From the IMG/VR virus record IMGVR_UViG_3300025674_000018: DNA of 64,000 nt, one strand, 5' to 3'. Origin of the DNA: an uncultured virus (IMG/VR IMGVR_UViG_3300025674_000018) (taxonomy: Duplodnaviria > Heunggongvirae > Uroviricota > Caudoviricetes > Kyanoviridae). Position 1 is the stretch's first letter. Each line of letters begins with the position of its first letter. Below the pieces are notes generated by a model, which made no database searches, was not told the origin of the DNA, and saw nothing but the letters and a program-made list of their open reading frames with translations. The translations under genes and the position numbers were made by a program. Positions 38,630 to 48,374 of this stretch are shown in pieces.

Positions 38630-39435
38630 GCACTATACGAGTAACCCAAGTTAGAGACCTCGCTGGTATCTCTGGATTTACACTAACCACTGGTGGCATC
38701 ACCGCAGAGGCATCATTGACCTGTGGCGACTTGACCATTAACGGCACAATTACTGGCACTTCCAAGTATATTATTCCAAGTATGAGTGGTCAGGCAGGAA
38801 AATACCTGCAGACAAATGGCACGAATCTTTCCTGGGGTAATGTTTCTTCCACATCTGGATTCAGATCGATGCAGGTCTGGACAGGTAATGGCACCTGGAG
38901 TAGACCCTCAGACGTTAAATCCATTATGATCACCGTTGTTGGTGCTGGTGGTGGTGGATCTGGGTATACTGAATCTGGTGGCGCTGGTGGTATGTCTCAG
39001 CGTGTTTTAGATGTTACTAACATCGCATCTGTTTCCGTTACTGTGGGTAATCCTGGTGGTGGCACAAACTACTCAGGATGTGGTGGCAATGGCAACACAT
39101 CTAGTTTTGGTGGTTATCTGTCTGCCTCTGGTGGTGTTGGCGCTAACTGCTCCCAACAGCACTCTGGAGGTTATGGTGGTAATGGATCAGGTGGAAACCT
39201 GAATGTCCACGGTGGTGGTGGCAATGGTCACGGATCTCACCACAGTTATGGCAACCACTCTGGCGGTAGATCTTATTATGGAGGATCTCAACCGTCCTCA
39301 CATAGACAAGGTAATTATTCACATAGACACGAAAACCATGCTGCCTGGGGTGCAGGTGGCAATGGATCTCAGCACAGCGATAGAGGTGCTAGAGGTCGTC
39401 AAGGTGTTGTTGTGGTCCACGAGTTTTACGGTTGA
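38626..39435 (+). CDS. Glycine-rich tail adhesin-like protein, paralog C
   Basis: 269 aa and colinear with paralog A. Confidence 0.75.
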   Translation: MSTIRVTQVRDLAGISGFTLTTGGITAEASLTCGDLTINGTITGTSKYIIPSMSGQAGKYLQTNGTNLSWGNVSSTSGFRSMQVWTGNGTWSRPSDVKSIMITVVGAGGGGSGYTESGGAGGMSQRVLDVTNIASVSVTVGNPGGGTNYSGCGGNGNTSSFGGYLSASGGVGANCSQQHSGGYGGNGSGGNLNVHGGGGNGHGSHHSYGNHSGGRSYYGGSQPSSHRQGNYSHRHENHAAWGAGGNGSQHSDRGARGRQGVVVVHEFYG

Positions 39436-39466
39436 TAAATAACAACGAAGGAGTTATTGTTTTCCA

Positions 39467-39874
39467 ATGAAAAGAGCAATTGTACAGGGTGATTCTGGTA
39501 TTATCACCGACATCTGCGAAGCAGGTGATGAATTTCAAATTTATGAAGGTGCTGACGCCAACATGAAATGGTGTGATGTCCCTGATGACACTACTAACCA
39601 GTCTGTCATGATCAATGGCGTGGTGTATGATAGAGACGAATTGGAAGATCAACAGGCAGCACTTACTGTGCAAAGAATGATTGCTTATGGTAGTATGGGT
39701 GAGCAACTCGATATGATCTATAAGGATCAACTCGATGGTGGCACTCGCTTCAGAGATCATATAGCAAACGTCAAAGCAACAACTGCTGCTCCATCTACTG
39801 CTCCCGAGTATGTAGAGGATATTCGCAAAGTCCAAGTCCCTGGTCGTAAAGCATGGGAACCATTTCCTGAATAA
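39467..39874 (+). CDS. Tail-fibre assembly-like protein
   Basis: R.IAYGSMGEQLDMIYKD..F.DHIANVK. Confidence 0.55.
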   Translation: MKRAIVQGDSGIITDICEAGDEFQIYEGADANMKWCDVPDDTTNQSVMINGVVYDRDELEDQQAALTVQRMIAYGSMGEQLDMIYKDQLDGGTRFRDHIANVKATTAAPSTAPEYVEDIRKVQVPGRKAWEPFPE

Positions 39875-39877
39875 TCT

Positions 39878-41389
39878 ATGAAATTTTATATTATTGGTGG
39901 TGGATCATCTGGTTGGATGACTGCTGCCACACTGGTGAAAGCATTTCCACAATCTGATATTGTAGTCGTAGAGTCCCCCAACGTGCCTTCAGTTGGTGTA
40001 GGTGAGTCTACGACTCAGTATTTTAGACCATGGATACACTATCTTGGTCTCACAGATGAGGACTGGATGCCTCATTGTGACGCAACGTACAAGATTAGCG
40101 TCAGGTTTTCTAACTTCCACAAAGATAAGGATGATCCTTGGCAGTATCCTTTTGGATCCCCCAGATATGATGCACCAGCACCAGACGTATGGTTTTGGAA
40201 TGCATACAAGAAAGGGTGGAAGAATGATAAGTTTGCCAGGGATTATTTCGTGGCGGCAGAATGTGCCGAAAGATCAATTCTGCCCATAAATGCCCCATAT
40301 TTTTCACTCAGGCACAACAGTGGGTTTCATTTTGATGCTGTCAAATTTGCTCATTATCTGAGAGATCATTACTGCAAAGATAAAGTCACTCACATACTTG
40401 CTGATGTAAATGGTGTTGTGTATGGTGAGGACAAGTATGTGCAGTCCCTGATGATTGGCGGCAAACGATATGATGATGGTGATTTCTACATTGATTGCAC
40501 AGGATTCAAATCTCTTTTGAGTCAATCTGAGTGGGTAGATTACTCCGACTGGTTACCCAATAACTCTGCATGGGTGACACGTTTGCAATACAAAGACAAG
40601 GCATCTGAGATGGTGCCGTATACTCAATGCACAGCACTATCCTCTGGATGGGTGTGGAGAGTGCCAACTTGGAGTAGAATCGGGACAGGTTATGTTTATT
40701 CGGACAAATACATTTCAGACGATGATGCTCGTGAAGAGTTTCAACAACACCTCGGTGATGAGCATGACGAATTGGTCCTGCTTAGAAACCTTAAATTCAA
40801 AGTTGGACGAAAGAAAGAAATCTGGTGGAATAATGTTTTGTCCATCGGATTGTCTGCTGGTTTTATAGAACCACTAGAGTCAAATGGATTACTATCTGTG
40901 CATGAGTTTTTGCTCAGATTTGTCCGACAGATACAGGGTAGAGATGTTGTCACACAATATATGCGTGACACATTCAACAAACAAGTCAACTTTGCATTTG
41001 ATGGATTTGCATCTTTCGTTGCATTGCATTATAGTATGACACAACGCAATGATACACGTTATTGGCAAGCAGTATCCAACACCAAATATCCTCAGCAAGG
41101 TATGCTTGAGTCTGCTTCTATAATTCTTCAGGAGGAGTCTGTTAACTTTGCTGGTAAATTAAACTTCAACAATGGATTTACTGGCGACTCACTGATGTCT
41201 GTTATGGCGGGACATGGATGGAATCCATTCAATGAAGTAATTGAAAAAGAAGTTTTGTTTTATGGTCCAATTCCAGAAGAGTCACACTTGAATAGTTGGA
41301 GTCCTAGTTGGAATTACGACCATTGGGATTTGGATAGATATTGTGAAGTGCCGTATCATTATTACTTGAGGACATTGTATGCGAATTGA
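39878..41389 (+). CDS. Flavin-dependent (tryptophan) halogenase
   Basis: GGGSSG, VGVGEST, ATYK (catalytic Lys), IDCTGF, GWVWRVP, FIEPLES. Confidence 0.9.
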   Translation: MKFYIIGGGSSGWMTAATLVKAFPQSDIVVVESPNVPSVGVGESTTQYFRPWIHYLGLTDEDWMPHCDATYKISVRFSNFHKDKDDPWQYPFGSPRYDAPAPDVWFWNAYKKGWKNDKFARDYFVAAECAERSILPINAPYFSLRHNSGFHFDAVKFAHYLRDHYCKDKVTHILADVNGVVYGEDKYVQSLMIGGKRYDDGDFYIDCTGFKSLLSQSEWVDYSDWLPNNSAWVTRLQYKDKASEMVPYTQCTALSSGWVWRVPTWSRIGTGYVYSDKYISDDDAREEFQQHLGDEHDELVLLRNLKFKVGRKKEIWWNNVLSIGLSAGFIEPLESNGLLSVHEFLLRFVRQIQGRDVVTQYMRDTFNKQVNFAFDGFASFVALHYSMTQRNDTRYWQAVSNTKYPQQGMLESASIILQEESVNFAGKLNFNNGFTGDSLMSVMAGHGWNPFNEVIEKEVLFYGPIPEESHLNSWSPSWNYDHWDLDRYCEVPYHYYLRTLYAN

Positions 41390-43007
41390 TTCATTCTGTG
41401 TTGTTGGTGGGGGATCTTCGGGATGGATGACTGCTGCTGCTCTGCTGCGTGCATTTCCTGAGAAAGATATTACTATCATCGAACCTAAAGATAGGAATAT
41501 CATTGGTGTTGGTGAATCTACCCTTGGACATATCAACAGATTCTTCAGATTTCTGGGTCTGAGTGATAGAGAGTGGATGCCATATTGTAGTGCAACCTAC
41601 AAGTCATCTATTGCTTTCCAAAACTTCAGAGATGGAGAGGGTGAGCGTTTTCAGTATCCATTCGGAAGAATTGATCACTCTGATTATAGAAGTGATTACA
41701 TGACATTCTTTGAGTTGAGGGCAAGATTCCCTCAACACTATCCACCTGAAGAGTTTGCTAGATTCTTCAATCCAAATACCATTATGGCAGAGGAAAATCG
41801 GATTACTTCCGATTATGTGTGCAATGAGCATCCATCTTGGAGATTCTCTGAAGATACTGCATATCACATGGACTCTGAGAAGTTTGGTGAGTATCTAGAC
41901 AAAGAATATTGCAAAGATGCAATCACCAGAGTATATGGCACTGTGTCTGGTGGTGTGAAGACACCTGACGGCAGACTTGCATCTGTGATTGTTGATGATG
42001 GCACAGGTGCTGCTCAAGTTGTAAAGGCAGATCTCTTCATCGACTGCACAGGATTCAAATCTGTGGTGCTTGAAGGCATCATGGGATCTGAGTTTGTATC
42101 ATTTAATGATGTGCTGTTTAATGACACAGCATTTGCTGCTCGTGTTGACTATACAGACAGAGAGAATCAGATGGATCTCTATACTGACTGTGTTGGATTG
42201 TCTAGTGGTTGGGTGTGGAATATCCCACTGTGGGATAGAGTTGGCACTGGATATGTATTCAGCAAGAAGTATATTGACCCAGACATTGCTTATGAAGAGT
42301 TTGTTGAATACATTGCGAAGAGGTATAGTCCAAAGGTTGCCGATGCTGCCCAATATAAACTGATCAACATCAGACATGGTAAGCGTAAGAAGGCGTGGGT
42401 GCAGAATGTTGTTGGTATCGGTCTTGCATATGGATTCTTAGAACCACTGGAATCTACTGGTTTGATGACAACTCATGAGAATATCCTTTATCTGATTGAT
42501 ACTCTCATGAGACGCAATCAGGTCACTCGTATTGATGTTGATTCATACAACTACACTGTGGATAATGCTATCGAGTCCATGAAGAATTTCATTACGATGC
42601 ATTATGTCCTCACAGGTCGTGATGATACGAAATACTGGAGAGACTGTGCAAATGTAGACTTTGCAGGTAAGAATGATCTCTTCCAGATTAAGGAAGATCC
42701 CCTTACTTGGCATAGTATGCTACAATCTAGGTTGGAATACTATCAGTTGTTTGATGGACTCAGGAAAAACTTCTGGAGTGAAGATAAGTTTGCTGGTCTA
42801 ATCTACATCGCTGCTGGTCAGGATTTCTCGCCAATCAACGAGTTTAATGTTTATGAGGCACACCACTTGTATCCTGTCAGGAAGTCAACAATCAATGATT
42901 ACCACAAACAATGGCAAGAGGATCGCAAGGCAATATATAATGCAGTCAGACAACTTCCAACACACTACGAATACTTGAGGGACTACATTTATGTGGAAAA
43001 AGATTAA
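41379..43007 (+). CDS. Flavin-dependent (tryptophan) halogenase
   Basis: GGGSSG, IGVGEST, ATYK, IDCTGF, GWVWNIP, FLEPLEST. Confidence 0.92.
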   Translation: MRIDSFCVVGGGSSGWMTAAALLRAFPEKDITIIEPKDRNIIGVGESTLGHINRFFRFLGLSDREWMPYCSATYKSSIAFQNFRDGEGERFQYPFGRIDHSDYRSDYMTFFELRARFPQHYPPEEFARFFNPNTIMAEENRITSDYVCNEHPSWRFSEDTAYHMDSEKFGEYLDKEYCKDAITRVYGTVSGGVKTPDGRLASVIVDDGTGAAQVVKADLFIDCTGFKSVVLEGIMGSEFVSFNDVLFNDTAFAARVDYTDRENQMDLYTDCVGLSSGWVWNIPLWDRVGTGYVFSKKYIDPDIAYEEFVEYIAKRYSPKVADAAQYKLINIRHGKRKKAWVQNVVGIGLAYGFLEPLESTGLMTTHENILYLIDTLMRRNQVTRIDVDSYNYTVDNAIESMKNFITMHYVLTGRDDTKYWRDCANVDFAGKNDLFQIKEDPLTWHSMLQSRLEYYQLFDGLRKNFWSEDKFAGLIYIAAGQDFSPINEFNVYEAHHLYPVRKSTINDYHKQWQEDRKAIYNAVRQLPTHYEYLRDYIYVEKD

Positions 43008-43842
43008 AGCAAAGTTTCAGAAACCATGGATTAGATTCTATTCTATGGACGCTGGTGTTGCAGAGTTTTTCCCTCTGTATCCTTCTAAGAAACTCAAGAG
43101 AAAGTGGAGAGTTGATGTAGTCAAAGATCAGGCAAAGAAGCGTAGTGAGTGCCCAGTGATGGCACTCAGAGAAACATTCGACAACCTCAAGATGCAGGAC
43201 AATGGCATCAAAGAACATGCCGCAACTTGCCCTGCATTGACTGCAATCATGGACAGTGGTTGGATACTCCCTGCCCCAGCAGATTTTGCTATTCGTCCTA
43301 AAGAGGATGGCACATTCCAGTGGGTCACCAGACAATTATTTGTTGGTGGTAAGTATGTCACGTCACACATTGAGCGACAGACTGATGGGATGAGAGATCT
43401 TGTCAACAAAGGTATGCCAACCCTCGGTCAAGTTGTGAAGTTGGAGACACCCTGGAGAGTGCAAGCACACCCTGATATTGTTATCTTGCAGATTCCAGTT
43501 GCATATCATGAAGACATGAGATTTAGTGCTCCTTATGGTATAGTGGATCCACAGTATTCATATGAAATCAATGTGCAACTCTTCTGGCACGCTATGGAGG
43601 GTGATCACATTGTAAAAGCAGGCACACCATTGTGCCAATGGATTCCTATTCCTCGCAAATGGTTGGACTCTAGTGAGTTTCAAATTGTTGTAGAGACTGC
43701 TAATGAGCATGACTACAAATGCGAGCAGATGATGGATTATTTGAAGACTAAATCATTCATCGAAAACACAACCTTGGATGAGCGTATTAAAGACCATGCC
43801 AAGATCAACTCACTAAATAAGAATCTAGAGAGGTTTAACTAA
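42991..43842 (+). CDS. Hypothetical protein of the kind found in phage oxygenase clusters
   Basis: ATCPALTAIMDSGWILP, ETPW, KAGTPLCQWIP. Confidence 0.65.
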   Translation: MWKKIKAKFQKPWIRFYSMDAGVAEFFPLYPSKKLKRKWRVDVVKDQAKKRSECPVMALRETFDNLKMQDNGIKEHAATCPALTAIMDSGWILPAPADFAIRPKEDGTFQWVTRQLFVGGKYVTSHIERQTDGMRDLVNKGMPTLGQVVKLETPWRVQAHPDIVILQIPVAYHEDMRFSAPYGIVDPQYSYEINVQLFWHAMEGDHIVKAGTPLCQWIPIPRKWLDSSEFQIVVETANEHDYKCEQMMDYLKTKSFIENTTLDERIKDHAKINSLNKNLERFN

Positions 43843-44213
43843 TGGAAGCACAAACGTTTAGTAATCTGCCTGAAGTTGAGAATGTAGACATCAATGATTT
43901 GGCAGGTGTCAGCAAAGAAGAGAGATTAGGTATCTTCTGTGATGAGGATGGCAATCCTGTGAGGTTGACATATGATCAACTGGTAGCAGATCTTATTTCT
44001 CAGTATGAAGAGACTATCGCTGAGTATAGGAAACTCACTGAGGCATTGGATAACCTTTCCTATTCATCTACAGTAACTCGTGTGTCCCTTGAGGGTATGC
44101 AAGAGAAGAAAGATAAGTTGAATAAACTGCAGGGTGCTATCGAAGCATTGTATCTGTATAGTATCCATGTGGATCCCAATGTAACCGACAAAGAGTTTAC
44201 TTTCGCTGAATAA
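43842..44213 (+). CDS. Hypothetical coiled-coil protein
   Basis: KLQGAIEAL; TAATG overlap. Confidence 0.65.
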   Translation: MEAQTFSNLPEVENVDINDLAGVSKEERLGIFCDEDGNPVRLTYDQLVADLISQYEETIAEYRKLTEALDNLSYSSTVTRVSLEGMQEKKDKLNKLQGAIEALYLYSIHVDPNVTDKEFTFAE

Positions 44214-44215
44214 TT

Positions 44216-44896
44216 ATGTTGAAATGTGATTACTGGTTTCCCAGAGGTATCTGGCACCAGAAGGATTGTGGACTAGACACCCAACAATTCGTTGACTTTG
44301 CTATTGACCATCGTGGTGCAATGTCTGGTAGACAAGCATCAAATGAAGGTGGATACCAATCAAATGATTGGGGAAGTGAAATGATTCACACCATAGAACC
44401 ATGGAAGGGATTATCTGAGGTAATCTATAGTGCAGTGGATGTAGCATGTCAGGATCTTGGATTCAAAGATTTTGCCATGCTGATCACTAATGGTTGGTTA
44501 AATATCAATGGACCTGGAGATCTCAATCATTGTCACTCACATCCTGGTGCAATGTTTGCTGGTGTTTATTATGCTAAGGTGCCCCCAAAGTCTGGTGGTA
44601 TCACATTCCTCCGACCATTTGATGAGGGGCATAAGTTTAAGTCTTGGGGCACAGCATATAACTATGTGCATGGCACCAATCCATTAAACAATGAGATAGC
44701 AGCATATGATCCCGAACCTGATCAGTTGTTTATCTTCCCAGCAGACACACTGCACCGAGTAGAGACAAATAAAGGCAGTGAGGAGAGAATCTCTTACTCT
44801 TTCAATGTGACGTTGTATTCAACACATATTAACTATGGCAGTATCCAGAAGTCTATCGAATCTTTTACCCAAAGCGTATCTGAATCGCCTGAATGA
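44216..44896 (+). CDS. 2OG-Fe(II) oxygenase (TIGR02466-like)
   Basis: SNEGGYQS, WLNIN, HSH, GVYY, FP..LH.V, RISYSFN. Confidence 0.88.
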   Translation: MLKCDYWFPRGIWHQKDCGLDTQQFVDFAIDHRGAMSGRQASNEGGYQSNDWGSEMIHTIEPWKGLSEVIYSAVDVACQDLGFKDFAMLITNGWLNINGPGDLNHCHSHPGAMFAGVYYAKVPPKSGGITFLRPFDEGHKFKSWGTAYNYVHGTNPLNNEIAAYDPEPDQLFIFPADTLHRVETNKGSEERISYSFNVTLYSTHINYGSIQKSIESFTQSVSESPE

Positions 44897-45491
44897 TGTG
44901 ATGACGAGCAGGGGATTCCCTTGGTATTTCCTGCCCAATGATGTCACATATGGCAGTGGGTATGAGTATAAGTTTGGTGATCAAAATCTATTTGGGATGA
45001 GTCCAACCGATCAAACATCATGTGGTTGGACTCATGTGCTGTGTCATGACAGTGAACCAGTATCACAATATTATGATCTATTCATTCCCATTGTAGATCA
45101 CATTCAAGACAGACTTGGTTGCAGTTTTAATATCTTTCGACTGAGACTTGCGATGCTGCATAATAGTCATCATGTCAAAGATTACAACACACCACACACA
45201 GATCACGAGACTAAGCATCACACAGGACTATTCTATTTCCATGATGCTGATGGTGACACAGTGTTATTTGATCAGGTTGATGATCCAACCAAAGAATTGA
45301 ATGATCGAATATTCAATACATTCAATCAAGAATACACTGTATGTGAGAGACATAAACCAGAGGCAAACAAGTTTGTATTGTTTGATGGTAATAGATACCA
45401 CGGATCATCTAATCCTGTGCAATCGCAGTATAGAATTGTATTAAACTTCAACTTCCACGGTATGCCCGATGACGTTATTATTGCCGATTAA
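44835..45491 (+). CDS. 2OG-Fe(II) oxygenase
   Basis: FPWY, PHTD, DGDTVLF, FDGNRYH, RIVLNFN. Confidence 0.85.
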   Translation: MAVSRSLSNLLPKAYLNRLNDVMTSRGFPWYFLPNDVTYGSGYEYKFGDQNLFGMSPTDQTSCGWTHVLCHDSEPVSQYYDLFIPIVDHIQDRLGCSFNIFRLRLAMLHNSHHVKDYNTPHTDHETKHHTGLFYFHDADGDTVLFDQVDDPTKELNDRIFNTFNQEYTVCERHKPEANKFVLFDGNRYHGSSNPVQSQYRIVLNFNFHGMPDDVIIAD

Positions 45492-46191
45492 ACTATACGA
45501 TAGAGACTGGGATCATGATGTCCCACACTACTATGAGGGTGTAATCGATCAGGAAGAGTGTAATTCTATTTGCACATGGAGTGATGTTGAGTATTGCTTA
45601 AACAACCCACAATTCTTTGATATTGATGTTGTCAGTCGTCATAGAATTGAAAAGATCAATCCGCCCAAATATGCTCGTAGTTGGTCTAAGTATGATTTTG
45701 AAGAGAAAGAGGAATTGTTTCATGCCCTGAGAGATGGGCACACAATTATCATCAACAACTATTCATTCAGAGATAGACGTAGGTCTGAAATGGTGGGCGA
45801 ATGGGAGTCAATATTCCCTGGCGATTCACAATTTCAGATCTATTGTGGTCTTGGAAAGAGTAATAGTTTTTATATTCATGAGGATCTACCTAGTAACTTT
45901 ATTGTGCAGTTGAAGGGCACAACTCATTGGCGTGTATATAATGAAAGACGTGCAACATTTGTGATTCAAGCAGACCCAGGTGATCCAACAGTAAACTATG
46001 ATTCATTCACTCCTGCTATTGATGTAATATTGAAACCTGGAGATGCTCTATACATACCACCAAGATGTTATCATTGTGCATCACCATCTGAAGAAAGAAT
46101 CTCTTTAAGTATTCCTGTCCATCACTATCATTTGTATCATGCGAAATCCTTTACCCGACCAGTTGATAGGAAATGGTATTCAATCCGTTAA
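45469..46191 (+). CDS. JmjC/cupin-4 (YcfD/RoxA-like) oxygenase
   Basis: HED..NFIVQLKG.THWRVY, LKPGDALYIP..YH, RISLS. Confidence 0.85.
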   Translation: MTLLLPIKLYDRDWDHDVPHYYEGVIDQEECNSICTWSDVEYCLNNPQFFDIDVVSRHRIEKINPPKYARSWSKYDFEEKEELFHALRDGHTIIINNYSFRDRRRSEMVGEWESIFPGDSQFQIYCGLGKSNSFYIHEDLPSNFIVQLKGTTHWRVYNERRATFVIQADPGDPTVNYDSFTPAIDVILKPGDALYIPPRCYHCASPSEERISLSIPVHHYHLYHAKSFTRPVDRKWYSIR

Positions 46192-46807
46192 TCCTTATCC
46201 ATTCATCTTCAGGTCACAATATGATTTCACTGACATCTGGAATGAAATAATCCCAGAGACTGATTATTATCTAGACATCATTGATGATCCTCAGAGTGTA
46301 TATCGTAACTCTGCACTTGAGAAGGGTGGCACATCATCTGTTGGTAGATGTAGGCACGATCCTCCACATGGATGGAAAGTATTTGAAGACTTTACTGGCA
46401 ATCATATCCCCATGGTTGTTGATGACATTTGGGATAGATGGTCACTGAAGAGAGTATATCGAAACATCACAGAATCGTGGATCAATAGACATCCTCCTGG
46501 TGCAACTACACTAGAGCATCATCATCAAAATGTCACAGTTGCCGTGGTTGCCTATCTACAGGTGCCTGAGGGTAGTGGTAACTTACAGATCAAGAATCCA
46601 TTTGATATATACAAACTCTCAGAACCTGTGTCTGATGAGTATGAAATGCCCAACGAAGATAACTGGATAGATATACCAGTTAAGACAAATGACGTGCTAT
46701 TCTTTCCTGGATGGTTACGTCATCGCACTGGTCCTAACAATGGACAGGGCACACGTTATGTAATGACATTGAATATCACTGCTCTAGTATCATGCAACAT
46801 CCCTTGA
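46139..46807 (+). CDS. 2OG-Fe(II) oxygenase (TIGR02466-like); start uncertain
   Basis: SWINRH, HHH, FFPGWLRH, RYVMTLN. Confidence 0.82.
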   Translation: MRNPLPDQLIGNGIQSVNPYPFIFRSQYDFTDIWNEIIPETDYYLDIIDDPQSVYRNSALEKGGTSSVGRCRHDPPHGWKVFEDFTGNHIPMVVDDIWDRWSLKRVYRNITESWINRHPPGATTLEHHHQNVTVAVVAYLQVPEGSGNLQIKNPFDIYKLSEPVSDEYEMPNEDNWIDIPVKTNDVLFFPGWLRHRTGPNNGQGTRYVMTLNITALVSCNIP

Positions 46808-47517
46808 TTCAAGTATTTGACACTGACATTCTAGACAGTGAGATATGCCAGAGAGTTATTGAATTGCCCTACTGGCATGGTAGACAGGATCTGCCCCAAA
46901 CTAATATAGAAGAGGTAGATCTTCGTGGCACATATTACACCCATGATTTCTACAGTGTGGATCATCATGGCACCACACCTTTCACACAATGCAGTCTGAA
47001 TCCTCTCTATGAGAATGTGTTAGATAGATTGGAATCTCTCCGCTGTCCAATACCTCCCAGGAAAGATCTCTACAGTGCATATATGAATGTGCTGAAGTTT
47101 GGTGATGCTCCACGCATACATTGTGATGCACCACATTGGTGTGACAATCAGGTCACAATGATTGTGTATATGAATGAGTTTTGGATACCTAACTATGGTG
47201 GTGAAACTATATTCTATGATCACAATCTAGATATTCTTCATGCTGTCTGTCCTAAACCTGGCAGAGTTGTTATCTTTGATGGGAGAATACCTCACAGTGC
47301 TCGCACACCTACTCCATACTTCTTGTGGAATAGATATATGCTTGCCTTTAAGTTTATGGCACTCGATGAAAGGAATGAATTGCTAGATGCAGCATCTAAA
47401 CAACTACATCCCTACACAGAATATGATCAAGGTGTGCCTGGTTTTAGTCCTAGTAGAGTAGAAGAGTTAATTAGTGATACAAACTATACAAAATACTATG
47501 AAACTCAAACTAAATAG
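46792..47517 (+). CDS. 2OG-Fe(II) prolyl-hydroxylase-like oxygenase
   Basis: HCD, YMN..W..NYGGET, PKPGRVVIFDG.IPH, RYMLAFK. Confidence 0.87.
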   Translation: MQHPLIQVFDTDILDSEICQRVIELPYWHGRQDLPQTNIEEVDLRGTYYTHDFYSVDHHGTTPFTQCSLNPLYENVLDRLESLRCPIPPRKDLYSAYMNVLKFGDAPRIHCDAPHWCDNQVTMIVYMNEFWIPNYGGETIFYDHNLDILHAVCPKPGRVVIFDGRIPHSARTPTPYFLWNRYMLAFKFMALDERNELLDAASKQLHPYTEYDQGVPGFSPSRVEELISDTNYTKYYETQTK

Positions 47518-47540
47518 GGTATCCATGCTTGGGGGATACG

Positions 47541-47699
47541 ATGTGGGCAAAATCTGCAATCCTATCTGACGAAGAGAAAAAGGTCGTCAAACAATCGCTC
47601 TTTCTCTACAGTAATAAACACCTCGCTAGCGGGGGTTTATCACCCAAACAAGAGCAGTTGTTGAAACACATTCGAGAAACACTGCATCTTAATCAATGA
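47541..47699 (+). CDS. Small hypothetical protein (52 aa, not in track)
   Basis: GGGGGA Shine-Dalgarno, CTAAATA upstream, ATGA overlap with the next ORF. Confidence 0.55.
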   Translation: MWAKSAILSDEEKKVVKQSLFLYSNKHLASGGLSPKQEQLLKHIRETLHLNQ

Positions 47700-48025
47700 C
47701 AACACCACTCCTAATCGGTAACAGTCCTGCTATTGAATTGAGAAACATTATGAAGTATTTTGTGAAGGGTGCTCGCGCCCGTTTCGATGGTTTTGAGGGC
47801 AATATCGAGTTTGTAGGAGATGAGTATGTCACTCTATGCATCAGCAAGAATGAGACTGAAGACGAACATGCATTTAGTAGAGTCAACAAGTGTTGCATTG
47901 TTATCTACCCTCATCAATGGGAAGATGTAGAGATGGAACCCATTAAACAGTATGGCAAATCCTATACTGGAGTTGTTGACGATCACCCAGGTAACGATAT
48001 GTTGCCTGAGTTAGATAAACGGTGA
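47696..48025 (+). CDS. Hypothetical protein
   Basis: G.IEFVGDEYVTLCI...IYPHQW. Confidence 0.6.
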   Translation: MTTPLLIGNSPAIELRNIMKYFVKGARARFDGFEGNIEFVGDEYVTLCISKNETEDEHAFSRVNKCCIVIYPHQWEDVEMEPIKQYGKSYTGVVDDHPGNDMLPELDKR

Positions 48026-48118
48026 TATATAGCGTAGAATCTTATGGTGATACAAATGAGATGAAACTCCTTTATATCATTTATATCATGTGACCAACTT
48101 GAGAAAGGAGGTTGTGAT

Positions 48119-48292
48119 ATGCACAATATCATACCTAGGCAACAGTTAACTGAATGGCGTCACTTTGAGTCTACGGTCAATCGAGCGTTGGAGGATTATG
48201 ACACGATCAATGACTATTTTGACTGCCTAATTGAATGCTCATTAGAAGAAACACCTGCACAATGTAGGAGGGTTTGCAGACTACTAATCTAG
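48119..48292 (+). CDS. 57-aa CxxxC-x8-CxxxC protein (not in track)
   Basis: AAAGGAGG Shine-Dalgarno; MHNIIPRQQLTEWRHF...DYFDCLIECSLEETPAQCRRVCRLLI. Confidence 0.75.
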   Translation: MHNIIPRQQLTEWRHFESTVNRALEDYDTINDYFDCLIECSLEETPAQCRRVCRLLI

Positions 48293-48314
48293 TGGACGGT
48301 CATATATCCGTCAC

Positions 48315-48338
48315 AGGGCACCTATGGGTGCCCTTTTT
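48315..48338 (+). terminator. Terminator-like hairpin adjoining the next promoter
   Basis: AGGGCACC-tatg-GGTGCCCT-TTTT; TATAAT at 48343. Confidence 0.75.
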
Positions 48339-48374
48339 CGTGTATAATATCTGGAGACAAGCGCCCAGCACTCC

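Noticed and set aside
36204..39435. Diversity-generating retroelement
   Set aside because: Repeats are paralogous coding segments; no reverse transcriptase in the window and no extended adenine-specific template/variable pair
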